Of a stretch of DNA of 64,000 nucleotides, positions 12,620 through 25,859 are shown in pieces; positions within the stretch are counted from its first letter, which is position 1, and every line of letters begins with the position of its first letter. The notes under the pieces were generated by a model. It had not been told where the DNA came from and did no database searches. It saw nothing but the letters and a program-made list of their open reading frames with translations. A program made the translations under genes and the position numbers. This stretch comes from Geosiphon pyriformis uo1 (taxonomy: Eukaryota; Fungi; Glomeromycota). Where the stretch lies: positions 186,001 to 250,000 of the forward strand of contig JAAOMT010000607.1 in assembly GCA_016748015.1 (NCBI GenBank), written 5' to 3'.

Positions 12620-13920
12620 TGTTGGCATTGGTATTCTTGGATCCTTTCTTGTAATAGACTTTGAGTGGGAATTGTTGCAAATAAGTACTCTATCTCACAT
12701 ATTTTCTTTCTAGTTGTAGATTATTAAGTAACCAAATAAGTCCTTTGTGATTGATATATAGGTTAAATGGTTGACTGAAGTAATGTTTCCAAGTTTGTAT
12801 GATCCAATAAATGGCAAGACATTCCAGATCTGTTGTGCTGTAATTCTTTTCTGCTGGGCTCGTGCTGCAACTGGTATAGACAACTGGATGTTCTCTATTG
12901 TCTGATCCTATTTGTGATAAGACTACTCCTAAAGTATTTTTTGAAACATCCATAGTGACAATAAACTGTTTAGTGAAATCTGGGTAAATCAGGATTGGGG
13001 ATGTGATCAATCACTGCTTGAAATAGTCGAATGCTTTTTGTTGATCTTCTTTCCACAAGTACATTACATATTTGAACAACAAGTAATGAAGTGGTTTTGC
13101 AATATTCAAGAAATCTTTGACAAATTGATGATAATATCCTGCCAATCTTAGAAATTCTTACAATTCTCTGAGATTAATTGGGACTGAAAAATTCTTGACT
13201 TTTTGGACTTTATCTGGATTGGGTTTGACTTCATTTTTGCTGATTACATGTCCTAGGAATTTTAACTCAGTTTTTCCAAAGAAACATTTATTGGGGTTGA
13301 GTTTCAATCTGGCACTATGAAAGCATTTGAAAACTTGTTGCAGATGAAGCAAATGATCATCGAATGTTTCAAAAAAGACATTAGTGTCGTTTAGATATAC
13401 TACTACTGATTTCCACAGGATTTCTTTGTATACAATATCTATGAGGCATTGGAATATGGCAGGAGTATTGCAGAGTCCAAAAGGCATTACATTAAACTCG
13501 AAGTTTCTATCTCAAATGATGAACACTGTTTTTTCTTTGTCTTTGGAATCTATTTTGACTTGTCAATAACTACTTGCTAGATCTAATGACAATAACTATT
13601 TTTTTTTCTTAGATTTTCCAGAATTTCTTGGATGAGGGGAGTGGAATAATTATCTCTTTGCATGACACTATTTAGTTTTCAGTAATCTATGCAGAATTGC
13701 ATCTTCCTGTTTTTCTTGATAACCAAGACTACTGGAGAGGACCAAGAGCTTAATGATTCTTTGATTAAGCTGTTGTTAAGCATTTGTTGGACTTCTTGTT
13801 TAATAAAATTGTCATCTGATGGGGGTACTCAGTAAGCTTATTGTTTAATAGGTTGAGTGTCTTCCATATCAATCTAATGCTTTACAATATCAGTACATCC
13901 AAACTTATTTTTGTTGGCAA
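12620..13920 (-). pseudogene. pol: E5 reverse transcriptase and RNase H
   Basis: ORFs 13158..13487 (MPFGLCN…YLNDTNVF) and 12690..13010 (DVS…LGVVLSQ…EKNYSTTDLECLAI). Confidence 0.9.
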
Positions 13921-14419
13921 AGACATTGGCATACTGATTCAGAAGGACTTTGAATTGCATTTGTTGCCAGGTATTTAAGTTTCCTAAATTCAATTTATTG
14001 ATTTCTTCTGGTGTGAACAAGTAACTTTCTTTTGGCAAATTCCATACTTGTGAGATAATGTTGCAAAATAAGAATAGCTGTGCAAAATCTAGAATAGACT
14101 GGGGTTTTTCAGAATGTTGAATGTCTGGTAAGATGGAACCAATAAAGGTTCTTTTGGAGATTTTAATTACATCTTCTGTAAGATTGTGAATGGGAATTTT
14201 GAAATGTTTATGGGCTTTGGCTGGTAGGTATAAGTTAGCAACATCAGCTAGAGAACAGATTTCAGGATCAGCTTTAAATAACAGGACTTGATCTTGGATC
14301 TTTCAATTCACCTTGAGAAAGTATTATTAGTAAGGGGGAATGAAGATAACTGTGTTGGTGTAGATAAGTTCTACCTGGTTACTGTCTTTTTCTGTGAAGT
14401 TGATTGGTACGTTTTCTCT

Positions 14420-14850
14420 TCTACTTGATCTAAACCCATTAATTCTTCAGGTAGTGAAGCCTAATTCTTCTTAAGTTGTTACTGAAATTAATTGGGGTAT
14501 TTTGATTAGGAATAGAAAAATAGCTTGGGCAATCTTTTCTTGTGATTCTATTTTGTAGGATCTGTTCAAATTGTTCTGTAGCATCACGATGATGTTTCCC
14601 ATGTAACTGGCATTGATGATTTCTCTTTTTACATTGATTTCCCTTTTTGCTAAGCTGGATCAAGAGACAACTTGTACTATTATACTAATAGGGATTTTTA
14701 ACACTATCTTAAGATCTATTTTTTCAAGAGAATGTGGGGCTATAATTATGGATGATTGTCCAGGATATCATAGGTCAAAACCAGTATCAGTGTCATACAC
14801 TCTTTTAGGGCAAATTCTTTTCTTATTGTTACTGTACCATTTTAGCTCTA
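14420..14850 (-). pseudogene. dut: E5 dUTPase domain
   Basis: DTDTGFDL; SSLAKKG; INASYMGN; KIAQAIF; GFRSS. Confidence 0.85.
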
Positions 14851-15009
14851 GTTCTTTGGATAGGTTGGAATATGTGAGATACTGTTCTGTTTCAGTATCC
14901 TCAGTTGGATTTTGAAATGACATGTCCTTGGTAATCAATATTTCTTCTTCTTTGGGCTCAAGTAATTTGGTGATTGAAAACAGTATTCTTGGAGGTGGAT
15001 TAAACATAA

Positions 15010-15630
15010 GATCACATTTGTTGCAGTACTAAAAGTAACAGGGGATCAAACAGTGATTGCACAGTTTGGTATTTAAATCAGCTAACCTTTGCTTTTGTTC
15101 TTCTCAAGTCAAAGCCAATTTCTAATATCAGTTTTAAAATGCATCTGGGTTATCCATGAAAAAATTATCTATGGGATAGTTAGATCTATTATATTCAGAC
15201 ATCAAGGGTTGTTCTTAATTTCTTATATCTCTTCAGGCGTGGTGTCTTTGGCTTTGGCATTTGCCATTCTCCAAATTTTATGATCATTGTGTGAATAACC
15301 ATCCAGTCTGTTGAGTGCTTGTTTCCAAGCATTCTTAATGGGGGTCTTTTTTCATATCCAATCATTGATTAATATGGTGTATTGACAAGTCTTGTCACAT
15401 ATTCCTCTTCTACCAGGCACATCATTTCAAAGTTCTTCATCAGGCAAGATCTCACTACATGTGAGGCACAGCATGTTGTTCCACTTGCTTTGTTGTTTTG
15501 TTCATCCAAATTTTTCTAGTACATAAGGTCTGTAGTAGTATTTGGTAGTGGTGGGCCATTTTTTATTGTCTCCAATACATGCACTTATAGTGGATAGCTT
15601 CTTTTCACAATCAATACATATTAGTCTTAG
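15010..15630 (-). pseudogene. E5 Cys-rich domain between protease and dUTPase
   Basis: CIDC…YYYRPY…KWNNMLCLTC…PGRRGICDKTCQY…LCNHCLIPCYF.YCNKCD. Confidence 0.7.
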
Positions 15631-15859
15631 AGGTTGGTAAAATAGATTTCTTTGGTCTGAAGTTACATATTCTAGTGATGATGATTGGGGCTTTTCTTTA
15701 GCTCTGCTTTTTTCTTTTTCTTCCCAGATTGGTGGTGGGAGTAGTTCAGTTTGATAGTTGTTTGCCCATAAAACCTAATAGATCTTAATAGTTAGTGATA
15801 GTGGTATGTCTTCAAATTCAATAAGGGGTTCCTTTGTATGTTGGATTTTGAAGTGTCCA

Positions 15860-16330
15860 CACATAGCTGGAACTTGGACATGCTATTCATTGAATATAAG
15901 TTGAAGTTCTTGGATGTTTCAGTCGAGAGTAGCATTGGCTTTTGACAACTAATCATTTCCTATCAGAGCTTGATATTGAATAGCTTCTATAACGAGTACT
16001 TTAGTAGGGATCTGAATCTTATTAATCTTGAAAGAAAAGTTGTTAATTTCTCTTATTAGGGTTTTTGTGTTTCCATCTGCTATAATAATCTAGGCAGTAG
16101 TGGCATAGTCTACTCGGCAATCTAGTTGGTTCATGAACTGCTTTATAATTATACTACCGGCTGATCCACTATCTAGGATTTATTTAATGTTTATTCCTCC
16201 AACTCTGGCATCAGTGTATAGGGCTGCTATTGGTTTATCCTGATTGATGGCTGCTTCACTAAAAAGACTATGGATGTTCAAATTATTGATGTCAAAAAGA
16301 AATATCGCAGCTAAAATGGTGTCCTCAGTA
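15860..16330 (-). pseudogene. pol: E5 aspartic protease
   Basis: ILDSGSAGS…ADGNTKT…ALIGND.L. Confidence 0.85.
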
Positions 16331-16399
16331 ATAGTGGCTGGTGGAATATTGCTTTTTGTTTGCTTGAAAGATTTGGAGGTTTGTTCTACATTCCTTTTT

Positions 16400-18359
16400 T
16401 CCATGAGTGTAGATTTATCAAAACTCTGGTTTTCTATAAGACTGAAATAGAAAGCTTGATTTAAGTATCCAGTTGGCACTGGTTAAGATTGGGCAGGACT
16501 GCGAGGGATTGGTCAAGATAGTCTACTGTTGGTTTGCACCTGATTGTTGTTGGGATTCCTCCATCCTTGATTATAGTCTATGGCTCAAGATCTGGGCTGG
16601 CTGTAAGGGGGAGTTTAATAGTGAAAAATTACTTGTGTCATTGGTGGTGGTTGATAATAATTCTGGGGCAGTAGTTGAGTATATAGGACTTGTTGTGCAT
16701 ATTGGGATGATTGATTTTGAGATATGAGATATTGGGATATCATGCTTTGCTAATATCTTGGTTGCTGGTATTGGTTTCCTTGATTTTGGTCCATTATTTT
16801 TTTTCTGCAGTCATGAGCAATGTGTCCAGGTTTTTGGCAGTAGTAACTGTTGCGGGGATCGGATCTTTAGAGTTGTTGCTGTGAGTATCTATTGTTGTTA
16901 TTTTCTCTTTATTGTGGTGGTTAATAGGTTCCTGTGGTATTGGCTAGATATTTTTCAATTTTCTGAGTTAATTTTTTACTTAATTGAGTTATTTTGGCAT
17001 TGATATCAGAGGTTCCATTGATAGCCAAATTGACAGCCTGTGTGTGGTTTACTTCTTGCTTAGCTGACTCAAAATCACGAGTGAAAGTAACTGTTTCTTG
17101 TAGGTTTGTCAGATGACAAGATTGTACAGATTTTAGAAAGCTGTTCCTTAGTTCTTTAATGAATTAATTGAGAACTTGCATAGTATAATAATAATTCTGC
17201 TTGATGGCTAAGATTTGTCGAAGAACCTGATTGAACCTTTCGAGATAAGTAGTTACTATTTCATGGTTGTTTTGTTTTATTATACTGAATTGATTTTCAA
17301 TTAGATGAGTGTATTAGGATCACATAAGTATTACAAAAATGCAAGCTTAAACTCTGGAAAAGAAGTAGGCTTCTCTACAAAGCTTTGGTACCATGAATTG
17401 GCAGTTCTGGTCAGAAAAAATGGCAGTGCCTAAATTGTGCAGTCATTGTTCCAACCATTAGTGGTAATTGCTTTCTTGGCATCTGTGATTCAAGAGTATA
17501 CATTATCTTCTTTGCCAGAGAATTTCTCCAATTTAATGATATTTCAGTAAGCCATGATCCAATTAATGAGTGAGGTGTCACTGGTTATGTTTAAAGAAAT
17601 TGGTGTTCATGTATTCGAGTGTTTTCTGGGTGCTAATGTTGGTTGTTTCTCTTTGTCACTTGAACCAATAGGTTATAAGATAGCTGTTCTTTCTATCAAG
17701 AGAAATGCTGCTTCTGCTGGATTTTGTGCTAGTAGTTGTTCTCAATTTGATGTGTTTCTTTCTATTGAACTGGCTGTTGGAGTAAGATTTCCAAACAGTG
17801 ATCTGTATTCTCCTAGTGATTTGTTCCAACTGTGTTGATTTCAAGGATGTAGATTTCTAGGAGTTCGTGGTGTTTTCGACTGGGTTTCTGGGGGTGGGTT
17901 GAATACAATTCTACTTTGGGGTGTCTGATGATATAATGGAGTTGTTGGAAAGAAGAATCTTGGTTTCTTGTTGATCATGGATTTGTCTTGGACAGTTGTA
18001 AGATTATTAGATCCGTACTTGTATTTTTCAGAGTCAGATTCTACTGGTTGTTGTACTTGAGAGAATTGTTTTGTTACATAGTGTTTAATGTCTGTATTGA
18101 CTATGTGTAGAGTTTCAGTAATTGTTTGAGTAGTAGTAGTTGTTGAGTATCCTAGTAAGCTTTGATAAATTTGTTCTCTAAGTTTTCTTGTATCAGTTGT
18201 ACGGCCTAATAAGTAATCAATTTTTGCGTTAATATAATTGCAAAAATCACTTTTTGTGATGGTGGTTTCTGCTGATATTCCTAGATCTTTTCAAAAGTAT
18301 TGAAATAGTGCTTTTCCATATAAGAAATGGTCCTTTTCTATTGTTTCAATAGTCGCCAC
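16400..18359 (-). pseudogene. gag: E5 gag
   Basis: GTG start context at 18357-18359; capsid region MAY…LEKFSG…ANSWYQSL…QFIKELRN; decayed zinc knuckle near 16830. Confidence 0.8.
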
Positions 18360-18402
18360 TTTTGTGTATCTTTGGAGTGCTCTGTCTCTGTGGATTTATA
18401 AT

Positions 18403-18418
18403 CTCACAGAGAGCACCA
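18403..18418 (-). promoter_or_regulatory. E5 primer-binding site (probably elongator tRNA-Met)
   Basis: TGGTGCTCTCTGTGAG, 2 nt inside the 5' LTR end. Confidence 0.8.
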
Positions 18419-18420
18419 AA

Positions 18421-19498
18421 TGTTACGGATAAACTAGGTAAGATAGGAAAATGGTAACGTTTGGTGTTCTTAATTATTGGGAATGCATTTTCTATGTAAT
18501 TTTGTTGGCTTAATCTTGATTATCAGTCTTTGAAGATCTGTTCCTGGATGTAAATTTACCCATTGAGTTCTTTGGTTATAAGGCACAGAGTTTGCTTTTT
18601 GTCAATTGCAACATTTTCTATAAATATGAGCTTTCTTTTCCGAGCTAACAAGTGCAGTCATTAGGGTCTGGCATTGTCTTTTCACCCTTCTGGTAAGCTA
18701 ACAAAATAACATTAATATCCAAAACTTAAGGGGAGCTTCTCTTTTTTACCAGGCTATTATGAAGTCTATTCTCGGACAGTCAATTTTACTATGTTGCTGC
18801 TCCACAAAAAATAAGAAAAAAAAAGAAAAAAAAAGAAAAATAAATTAGTATTGTCAATTGTTGTAATTAAGAGCAATTGGTCCAAATCATTAATAGTTTG
18901 AAGCGGTTATGCTAAAAGCATCTGTCCTGAAACAAAGGTATGAAACAATAGTTAATTCGTGTAAATTCCACAAAGTTTGAGGACATAAATTCATGATTCT
19001 GATTTCTTTAATAATTGGTTTATTTCAGAAGATGAAAATAGAGAAGATAATAAATAATGAAGGGGTATGAATATTTGATTCTTGTCTAAAGGTTCATATC
19101 TATTTGTCTGTCTTTTTTCTAACTTTTACAACTACTTGCTTTTATACATTCTTTTGGTTTTACAGGATTGCTTTCAATTGTTTTGCTATCACTAGCTATT
19201 GCTTTGTTATTTCTGTTATTGCTTCATTTTCTACATTATCACTAATTATTTTATATTATAATCCATTTATCTGATATTATTACATGTTATTCTGTGTTAT
19301 CCTGCATTATAACATATTATTCTATATTATAACACATTATCCAATGTTATTGCAAGCTATTTTGTGTTATTCTGTGTTATAACATGTTATCTTACGTTAT
19401 AACATATTATTCAATGTTATTGTATACTATTCTGTGTTATGTCATGTTTTGGTCACATTTCTTTATAACTTTGGATCAGTTTTTCTACTTGGATAACA
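18421..19498 (-). repeat. E5 5' LTR
   Basis: tgttacgg…gataaca; pairs with 9338-10404. Confidence 0.9.
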
Positions 19499-19502
19499 AT
19501 AG

Positions 19503-22021
19503 GTACTATGATGTTATTGATTTCAATTGGTAAGTAGTTGATTTCTCCAATTGGAGTTTTGGTCACTCTATTGGCTATTATGATCTTAGTGCTGGCAGCA
19601 TGATTAACTCAGCAACCTAATTGGTTTATGAGTTGTCAAGTAATAATGCTGTCTACTGATCCATTATCTAATATGAATTTGATAGAATGGCCATCAATTT
19701 TAGCATTAGTGTACATGGTAGTGATCAGTTTTTTTTTGAGTGCAGCTTTACTAAACAAAAGTGTAGATGACAGTTCTTCGAGTTCAAACAGGAAGATTGC
19801 TGTTAGTGATTTGTTGTTGGTAATAATGGCTGAAGATATGTTGCTGGTAAGTGGTAAAGTTTGGTTGGTTTCTATATTATTGGGTGAGACATTTTCTGGG
19901 GTAACCAAGAAACTTAAATAGTGTTAAAAATTTGGGTTTAAAACATGCCCAGTTTTCAAATTCCGAGAATGTAATCCTGTTGGTTGGTTAGAGAAGCTGG
20001 GAATTGGTTAATAAACAACCATTACCAATCTTCAGTTTTGAATAATTCTTGATTTGGGATTTCCTGCTGTCATCTGAGCTGGGTTTGGTGGCAGTGTTTG
20101 AAATTGCTGAGATTGATAAATTACTGGTGGTGGTGGTTGATATAGTACTTGCAACTGTGGTTAATAAATTGGAGGTTGATATACAAGTGTTTAATAAATT
20201 GGCTGCTGCATTATTGGCAAATAAGTCAGTTAATATGGAGCTGAGTTTTATTGATAATTCAGAATTTGAAACTGGCAATCAAAGTTTCAATATTGATTTT
20301 TTGATTATTGGTTATTTAAACATTGACAGCAGTTGATTTGTAAGTGTCTTTGTCTACCACAATAGTAACAAGTGCATGTTTCTTGCTGCCACTGTTAATT
20401 GGTTAATGATGCTGGATGTGGTTAATTTTGGAAACAATTGGAGTTTCCTTGATTGCTGTGTTATTGTGGTGGTTAATAGATTGCCTGATTGTTGTTAGTT
20501 AAGTATCCCTCTAATTTCTAATTGATCAAATCACTAAATTGCTTCAATTTGGAATCCAAGTCAAATAATCTGTTCATTACTAGATTTACTACTTGGGCAT
20601 GGTTGGTTTCTAATTCAATGGCTTCAAAATCTTTGGCATTGGTAATTACAGCTTGCAGGTTGGCTGGATGCAGTGGGCATATGCATTGCAGGATGCTACT
20701 GTGTAATCTATAAATAAATTGATTTAGGATTTGGACTACTGTAAAATAATTGGTGTTAATTGCTTGTATTTGGCACAAATTTCTATGGAAGCATTCCAAG
20801 TAAGTGGTAACAGCTTCAGTTTCTCCTTGTTTTATGGTGGTAAAGGTATTGGCTAACCAGTTAATGCTGTTATTGTTGCTGAAGTATTATAGAAATTTAA
20901 GCTTGAAAACATTGAAATCTTGGAGTTTGTTGATCAAGCTTTGATATTAAGAGTCAGCAGTATCTTGGAGAAAATAGGGGATGGCTTGTATGACTCTGGC
21001 ATTATTTCATCCATTGGCTGCAATGGCTTTTTCCACATCATTTAGCCACACTTGGGTGTTGTTCTCTTTGCTAGTAAATTTTTTGAGTTTTGCTATTGAG
21101 ATGTAGGCCATTGGGTCCAAGTTTGGTTGTTGTGATGGTTGAAGTGGTAATTGCTAAGGTAGTATTGGTGGCTGTTGAAGTTGTTCAGCAATTGGATTAA
21201 TTGGTTGCTAATTAATAATGATTTCTGAAGGTAAGTTTTGCTGATTAATTAACTTGGGGTTTAAATTGTTCTGTGTTTGCTGGGTTTGAATATTCAGAGT
21301 TTTAATTTCCAGATTTTCTGCAATTAGCTTTTGATAATTAAATTCTTGATTCTCTTTTTTTTTTTTCTGAGGCCATTATTTCCCAAGGACTTGTAGTTCC
21401 AAAATCTGGTTGAGGCAGTAGTAATTGAAATCCTGATGACATTGATAATTGTAATTGAAATCTTTCAAAATACTTGCCATAAGTTCTTAATAATTCTGCT
21501 TTTTTTTGTTTACTTTGAAATGGAAATTGTCCAAATGTTAATGTCATGTTTGATGTGGACACAGCTGTTGATGTAATATTGATAGTACTTCTGGGTGTGT
21601 AATGATATGATAGGTAGAATAGAAATTCAAGTCTGGTTTTCTTTCAAATGAGTGGTTATATTCTTTGAGGTATTACTGCTGATGTTTGTAGTTTTCTTTT
21701 GTCTTTGTTTGCATAGGTAATTGGATATCTTTATTGAGTGTGAATTTTAATTTCTTTATTAATTTTAGTAAGAATTGCTGTAAAATCATAATTTGTTGGT
21801 AGGTTGGTATTTTGGATTAATTTGTTGTAGAAATTTCTCCTTGCCAAGTCAGTTTCTGCAGGTACTCCTAACAAATATGAGATCCTTTTATTGATGTAAA
21901 AATTGAAAACTAATTCTGCTAATAAGTAATTGTTGGTTAATTCTAAGTGTTGACAGTAGTATTAAAATAAGAATTTGGCAAATCCTAAATGGTTTGTCCC
22001 TATTTTTTCTGGTTCTCCCAC
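19503..22021 (-). pseudogene. gag: E4 gag and protease N-terminal part (protease continues 9337-9170)
   Basis: ORFs 19636..19908 (IKFILDNGS), 20518..20799 and 21338..21562; CYYCGRQRHLQINC knuckle at ~20330-20372. Confidence 0.85.
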
Positions 22022-22077
22022 TTTTGAATTATTGGTGCTGGTTTTCTGTAGAATTATACCTTACAAGGAACACTAAA

Positions 22078-24222
22078 TGTTACAAATAATTATTTGAAGT
22101 CTCAAGTCAAATAACAAACTCATAACTTGGTGCTTAATTGATGGCTGAGTAGTAATATTTGAAGGTTTTAGTTGAATTTTTTGTATAATAGACAGAGATT
22201 TGATGATGATATGGTACAAATTATTTATAGTCATCAAACAATTTATATAATTTTAAATTGTATCTAGTCTTCCAATTTTAATAATATTAAAAAACTAAAC
22301 TGTAAATATGATAGATTAAGTTCTTTTCTTTCACATTTATGGTTTAATTTTTTGAATTATATTATAATTTATAAAGTTATTAAAGTTTAAATTAGCCACT
22401 TTTATTATTAATCTTTAATTTTCAGATGCCGATCAATCATTAAAGTTACATTATCATGTGATAAATCATCAAAGTATTATTATTTTCAGAAAGGCTTTCA
22501 ATTAATATTAATCTAATCTTTAGATGGTCACTTTTTTATAAAGATATAATATCTTTTGGCTTGTATGTCTTCTGCTGGTGACATAGCATCATTAACCATG
22601 AATATTCCATTCACACCACCACTATATTCAGTTGTCATTATTGAAACAGAAACCCAGATATCAATATTGTTCACACTAGGCATCAAAAAAATTGTAAAAG
22701 TACTATGAGTGATTGTTAGAGAATTTGGAAATGTCATTTGCACTCTATTTGTAATCTTGTGTTATTATAATGTGGATACTTACTTTGAATTTACAAATAA
22801 CCTTTCAATGACTATAATGTTGTGTTTCAAAGAATTGCTTGGATCTAAGAGATATATGAAATTTTCTGTAATAAAGATTTCTGGTTAAATTTAATATTTG
22901 AATGATGAATATATCAAAGAGAAATATAACAACTAAAATACCTATTATGTATTCAACTGAATCATAATCTAGTTTTAGAATTGGTTCCTAGGCTGTAAAA
23001 GAAATTTCAATTGTTGAATATTTCAACAACTTATTAGAATGTGATATATAATAGCTTATCACAATAATCAAGAAACTTACATCAGTTGGTGTTAATTTAG
23101 GGGAATCAGATTAGAATTGAAAGATCTTTGGCTTTATTTTGATTAAGAAAACTGAAGTTGTCTTAAAGCCCATAATCTTGAATAGCTCTTTTTTATTAGT
23201 GTTGTATATTTTCTAACAAGTTCATTTTGATGCAAAAAATGTATAAAACGTATTAGTTTAAGTAGATAAAACCCAGATTTTTTTGTAAAAGCCTAATAAA
23301 CTTCTTACTTATAAATAATATATTAAAAACACATATATATTAACCAATAAAATTTAATTATATAAATAAAAACATGTGAAGATCATCATTTAAAATTTTG
23401 GACTGATCTACATTTTTGATGATTATAAATGGTTTGCACTATAGTAATTTTCTGGAATTGCAATTCTTGCCCAATTTCTTTTTCAGCTTGGTGGCCAGAT
23501 TTACTTTGGCAGTCATGCCCTTCTAATAAGCTATCTATTAATATATATATAATTTTATCCATATTTCTGGGTCTTTTACCAGGCTATTCTTGATGTCAAT
23601 AACTTTGTATTTTAATTCTTAATCAATTAATATACAACAATAAAATCAAAGAAAAGAAAAAAAAAATAAAAAGAAATAAAGAAATAAGCCAAGGCAATTT
23701 ATAAGTTAATATTTTATCAATAGCCATAATCAAGAGCTATTGTTTTAGTGTAGTCAAGTATAGATTATTATTAACATGAAATATTGATAGTAGAGAGTGG
23801 ATTGAGATAGCAAATAGTTATTTATTGATATTTGTGATTTTGGAAGATTGCTTAGATGAAATCTAAACTGAGAGATCTCTCTTTTTTTTGTATTTTTTAA
23901 TAATTATGATTTGTAAGTCTAATTGACTCTGAGTCTTCTTGACTAATTTTCTAACTTTTGATACTACTGCTATATATATATATTTAAGATTCCTTAATTC
24001 CTCAATTTTTCACACCAGGAATCCTAGAATTTCTGGAATCCTGCAATTTTTTTGAGAGAAATTCTGGAATTTTGAAATCTTGTAATTTCTTATATAAGAA
24101 TTCTGAAATTTCTAGAATCCTGCAATTCCTTTAAGAGGAATTCTGGAATTCCATATTTACTATGTCTACTTCTGATTGGCTAATTTATATGCTAATATAC
24201 TTCTTATATTCTATAAGTAACA
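22078..24222 (-). repeat. E4 5' LTR (interrupted by T1)
   Basis: Colinear with 7781-8681 apart from the 1230-bp insert; decayed PBS to its left. Confidence 0.88.
22212..23441. mobile_element. T1: non-autonomous Tc1/mariner(pogo)-like TIR element
   Basis: TA duplicated (22210-22211/23442-23443); ~25-bp imperfect TIRs tggtacaaattatttatagtcatca / tgatgattataaatggtttgcacta; absent from the partner LTR; no transposase seen. Confidence 0.8.
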
Positions 24223-24329
24223 ATGTACTGGCCATATGGCAAAATAGAAATTGGTTAACAAATGAAGATAATTTCTCCTTTGTCAATAATCTTTTTCTCT
24301 ATTATATTAATTGGTATATCTATTCTCCT

Positions 24330-24760
24330 TATGGATCCAAATCCACTAATCTCTTTAGCTGTAATTCCTAATTCCTCCCTATTTCTTATTAATATTAATT
24401 AAACTACTTTAATTAGAAGCAGGAATATTGTCTGTGCTATTTTTTCATTTGGCTCTATGATATAGGCCTTTTTTGAATCATTCTGTAATATTGTAATAAT
24501 ATTTTTGACATATTTTACATCAATTATTCCTTTTTTTATGTTGATTCTCTTTTTTGCTAAACTAGATCTAGATGCTAATTGAACTATTGTTGTTGCTAGG
24601 ATTTTCAGTGCTATTTTCAAATCAATACAGATGCATAAATGTGATTCTAATTTGATGGCATTTTTTCTGGAATATTTCAAATCAAATCTTGTATCTGTAT
24701 CATGTGCACATTTCAGAATAATATCTTTATTGTTATCACTAAACCATCTTAATTTCTGTT
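24330..24760 (-). pseudogene. dut: E3 dUTPase domain
   Basis: ORF 24399..24962: AHDTDTRFDL, RSSLAKK, GIIDVKYVKN, EKIAQ; GFGS downstream. Confidence 0.85.
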
Positions 24761-24959
24761 TTTTAAAAAGATTAAGAAATGTGATGTATTGTTCAAGATT
24801 TAAATCGGAGTTTGAATTGTCATTATTATTATTGCCATTTTGAACAGAGCTAGAACTATTGTTGTTATTGTTATTAGAGTTTAAATTGGGATTGAATATC
24901 GATTCTAATTCTGATGCACAGCTGTTAATTGGTTCTTTTTTTTCAGAGATTGTGTAGAT

Positions 24960-25600
24960 CATGCATGCTGGTGAATTGTAAATAAGATTACACTCATTAC
25001 AAAGAATTAAGCAGTATTAACAAAGTCGAGTGTTTAGCTGCTCTAACTGCTATTCCTGTTTTTTTCAAGTGAGTGCTAGGTTCTGGTAATATTCATGAAA
25101 TTGCTCTGAGTTGTTCTTGACATTGTCAAAAACATCAAAAATAAGAATATATTTAGGTTCAGAAAAAGAAAGTGGATTGTTTTTAATTTCCTGCAGTTTG
25201 CTAAATAAAGCATCTTTAACTTTAGCACTTACTATTCTCCAAATTTCATGCTCATCATGTGGATAACCTTCTAAATGTTTGAGTGCTTACTTCTAGATGT
25301 TATCAATCAGAGTTTCTTTTTTTACTCAGTTATTTATAAGAATCATGTATTGGCATGTTTCATCATATGTTCTTCTTTACTTAGAAATGTCATTTCATAT
25401 TTTTTCATTTAATAGAATAGTTCTACATGCAAAACAAAGTTTGTTGTCTTATTTTTCTTGTTTTTTTGGTCATCCAAAGCATTCAAAGACACATGAATGA
25501 CAATAGAACTTTGTTGCAGTTGGTCATTTCTTATTGTCACCACAGCATATGCTTATTGTGGACAATTTTTTGCCATAATCAATGCATATTAGCTTGGGTT
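24960..25600 (-). pseudogene. E3 Cys-rich domain
   Basis: Homologous to 61038-61630 (…CQYMILINNWVKK…LEGYPHDEHEIW…CNECN). Confidence 0.7.
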
Positions 25601-25859
25601 AATGATAATTTGGTTGATGAATGGTGGAGTACAGTATATAAGTAAAGATAGTGGCTGGTGTTAATTCTTCTTTTTTTTCCTTTTTTTTTTTCCTCTCAAG
25701 TTAAAATCAGTGGCAGCTTATTGTAGTCTTTTTTGATCCACAAAACTTAGTAGGCTTCCCAGATAGGTTTATTTTTTTTTCTTTCAGCTCTATTAGTGGT
25801 GTTAGTAGGGTGATGCTAGATTTAAAATGACCACAAATTGCTGATACTTGAGTGTGGTG

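Larger units (their letters stand above)
9338..19498 (-). mobile_element. E5: full-length Ty3/Gypsy family B (~10.2 kb)
   Basis: LTRs 9338-10404 and 18421-19498; PBS 18403-18418; TSD atgg/atag; inserted in the E4 protease. Confidence 0.92.
7781..24222 (-). mobile_element. E4: family A deletion derivative (gag-PR; no dUTPase/RT/RH/IN), hosts E5 and T1
   Basis: LTRs 7781-8681 and 22078-24222; exact TSD ATGT (7777-7780/24223-24226); ORF3 tail fused to the Cys-rich region at ~8755. Confidence 0.9.

Noticed and set aside
23555-23590. Hammerhead ribozyme in the LTR (CTGGTAA/CTGATAA-AAG-stem-AGAA)
   Set aside because: The CUGANGA and GAAA core is not conserved; the segment pairs with TTACCAG and reads CTCAGAG in family C.
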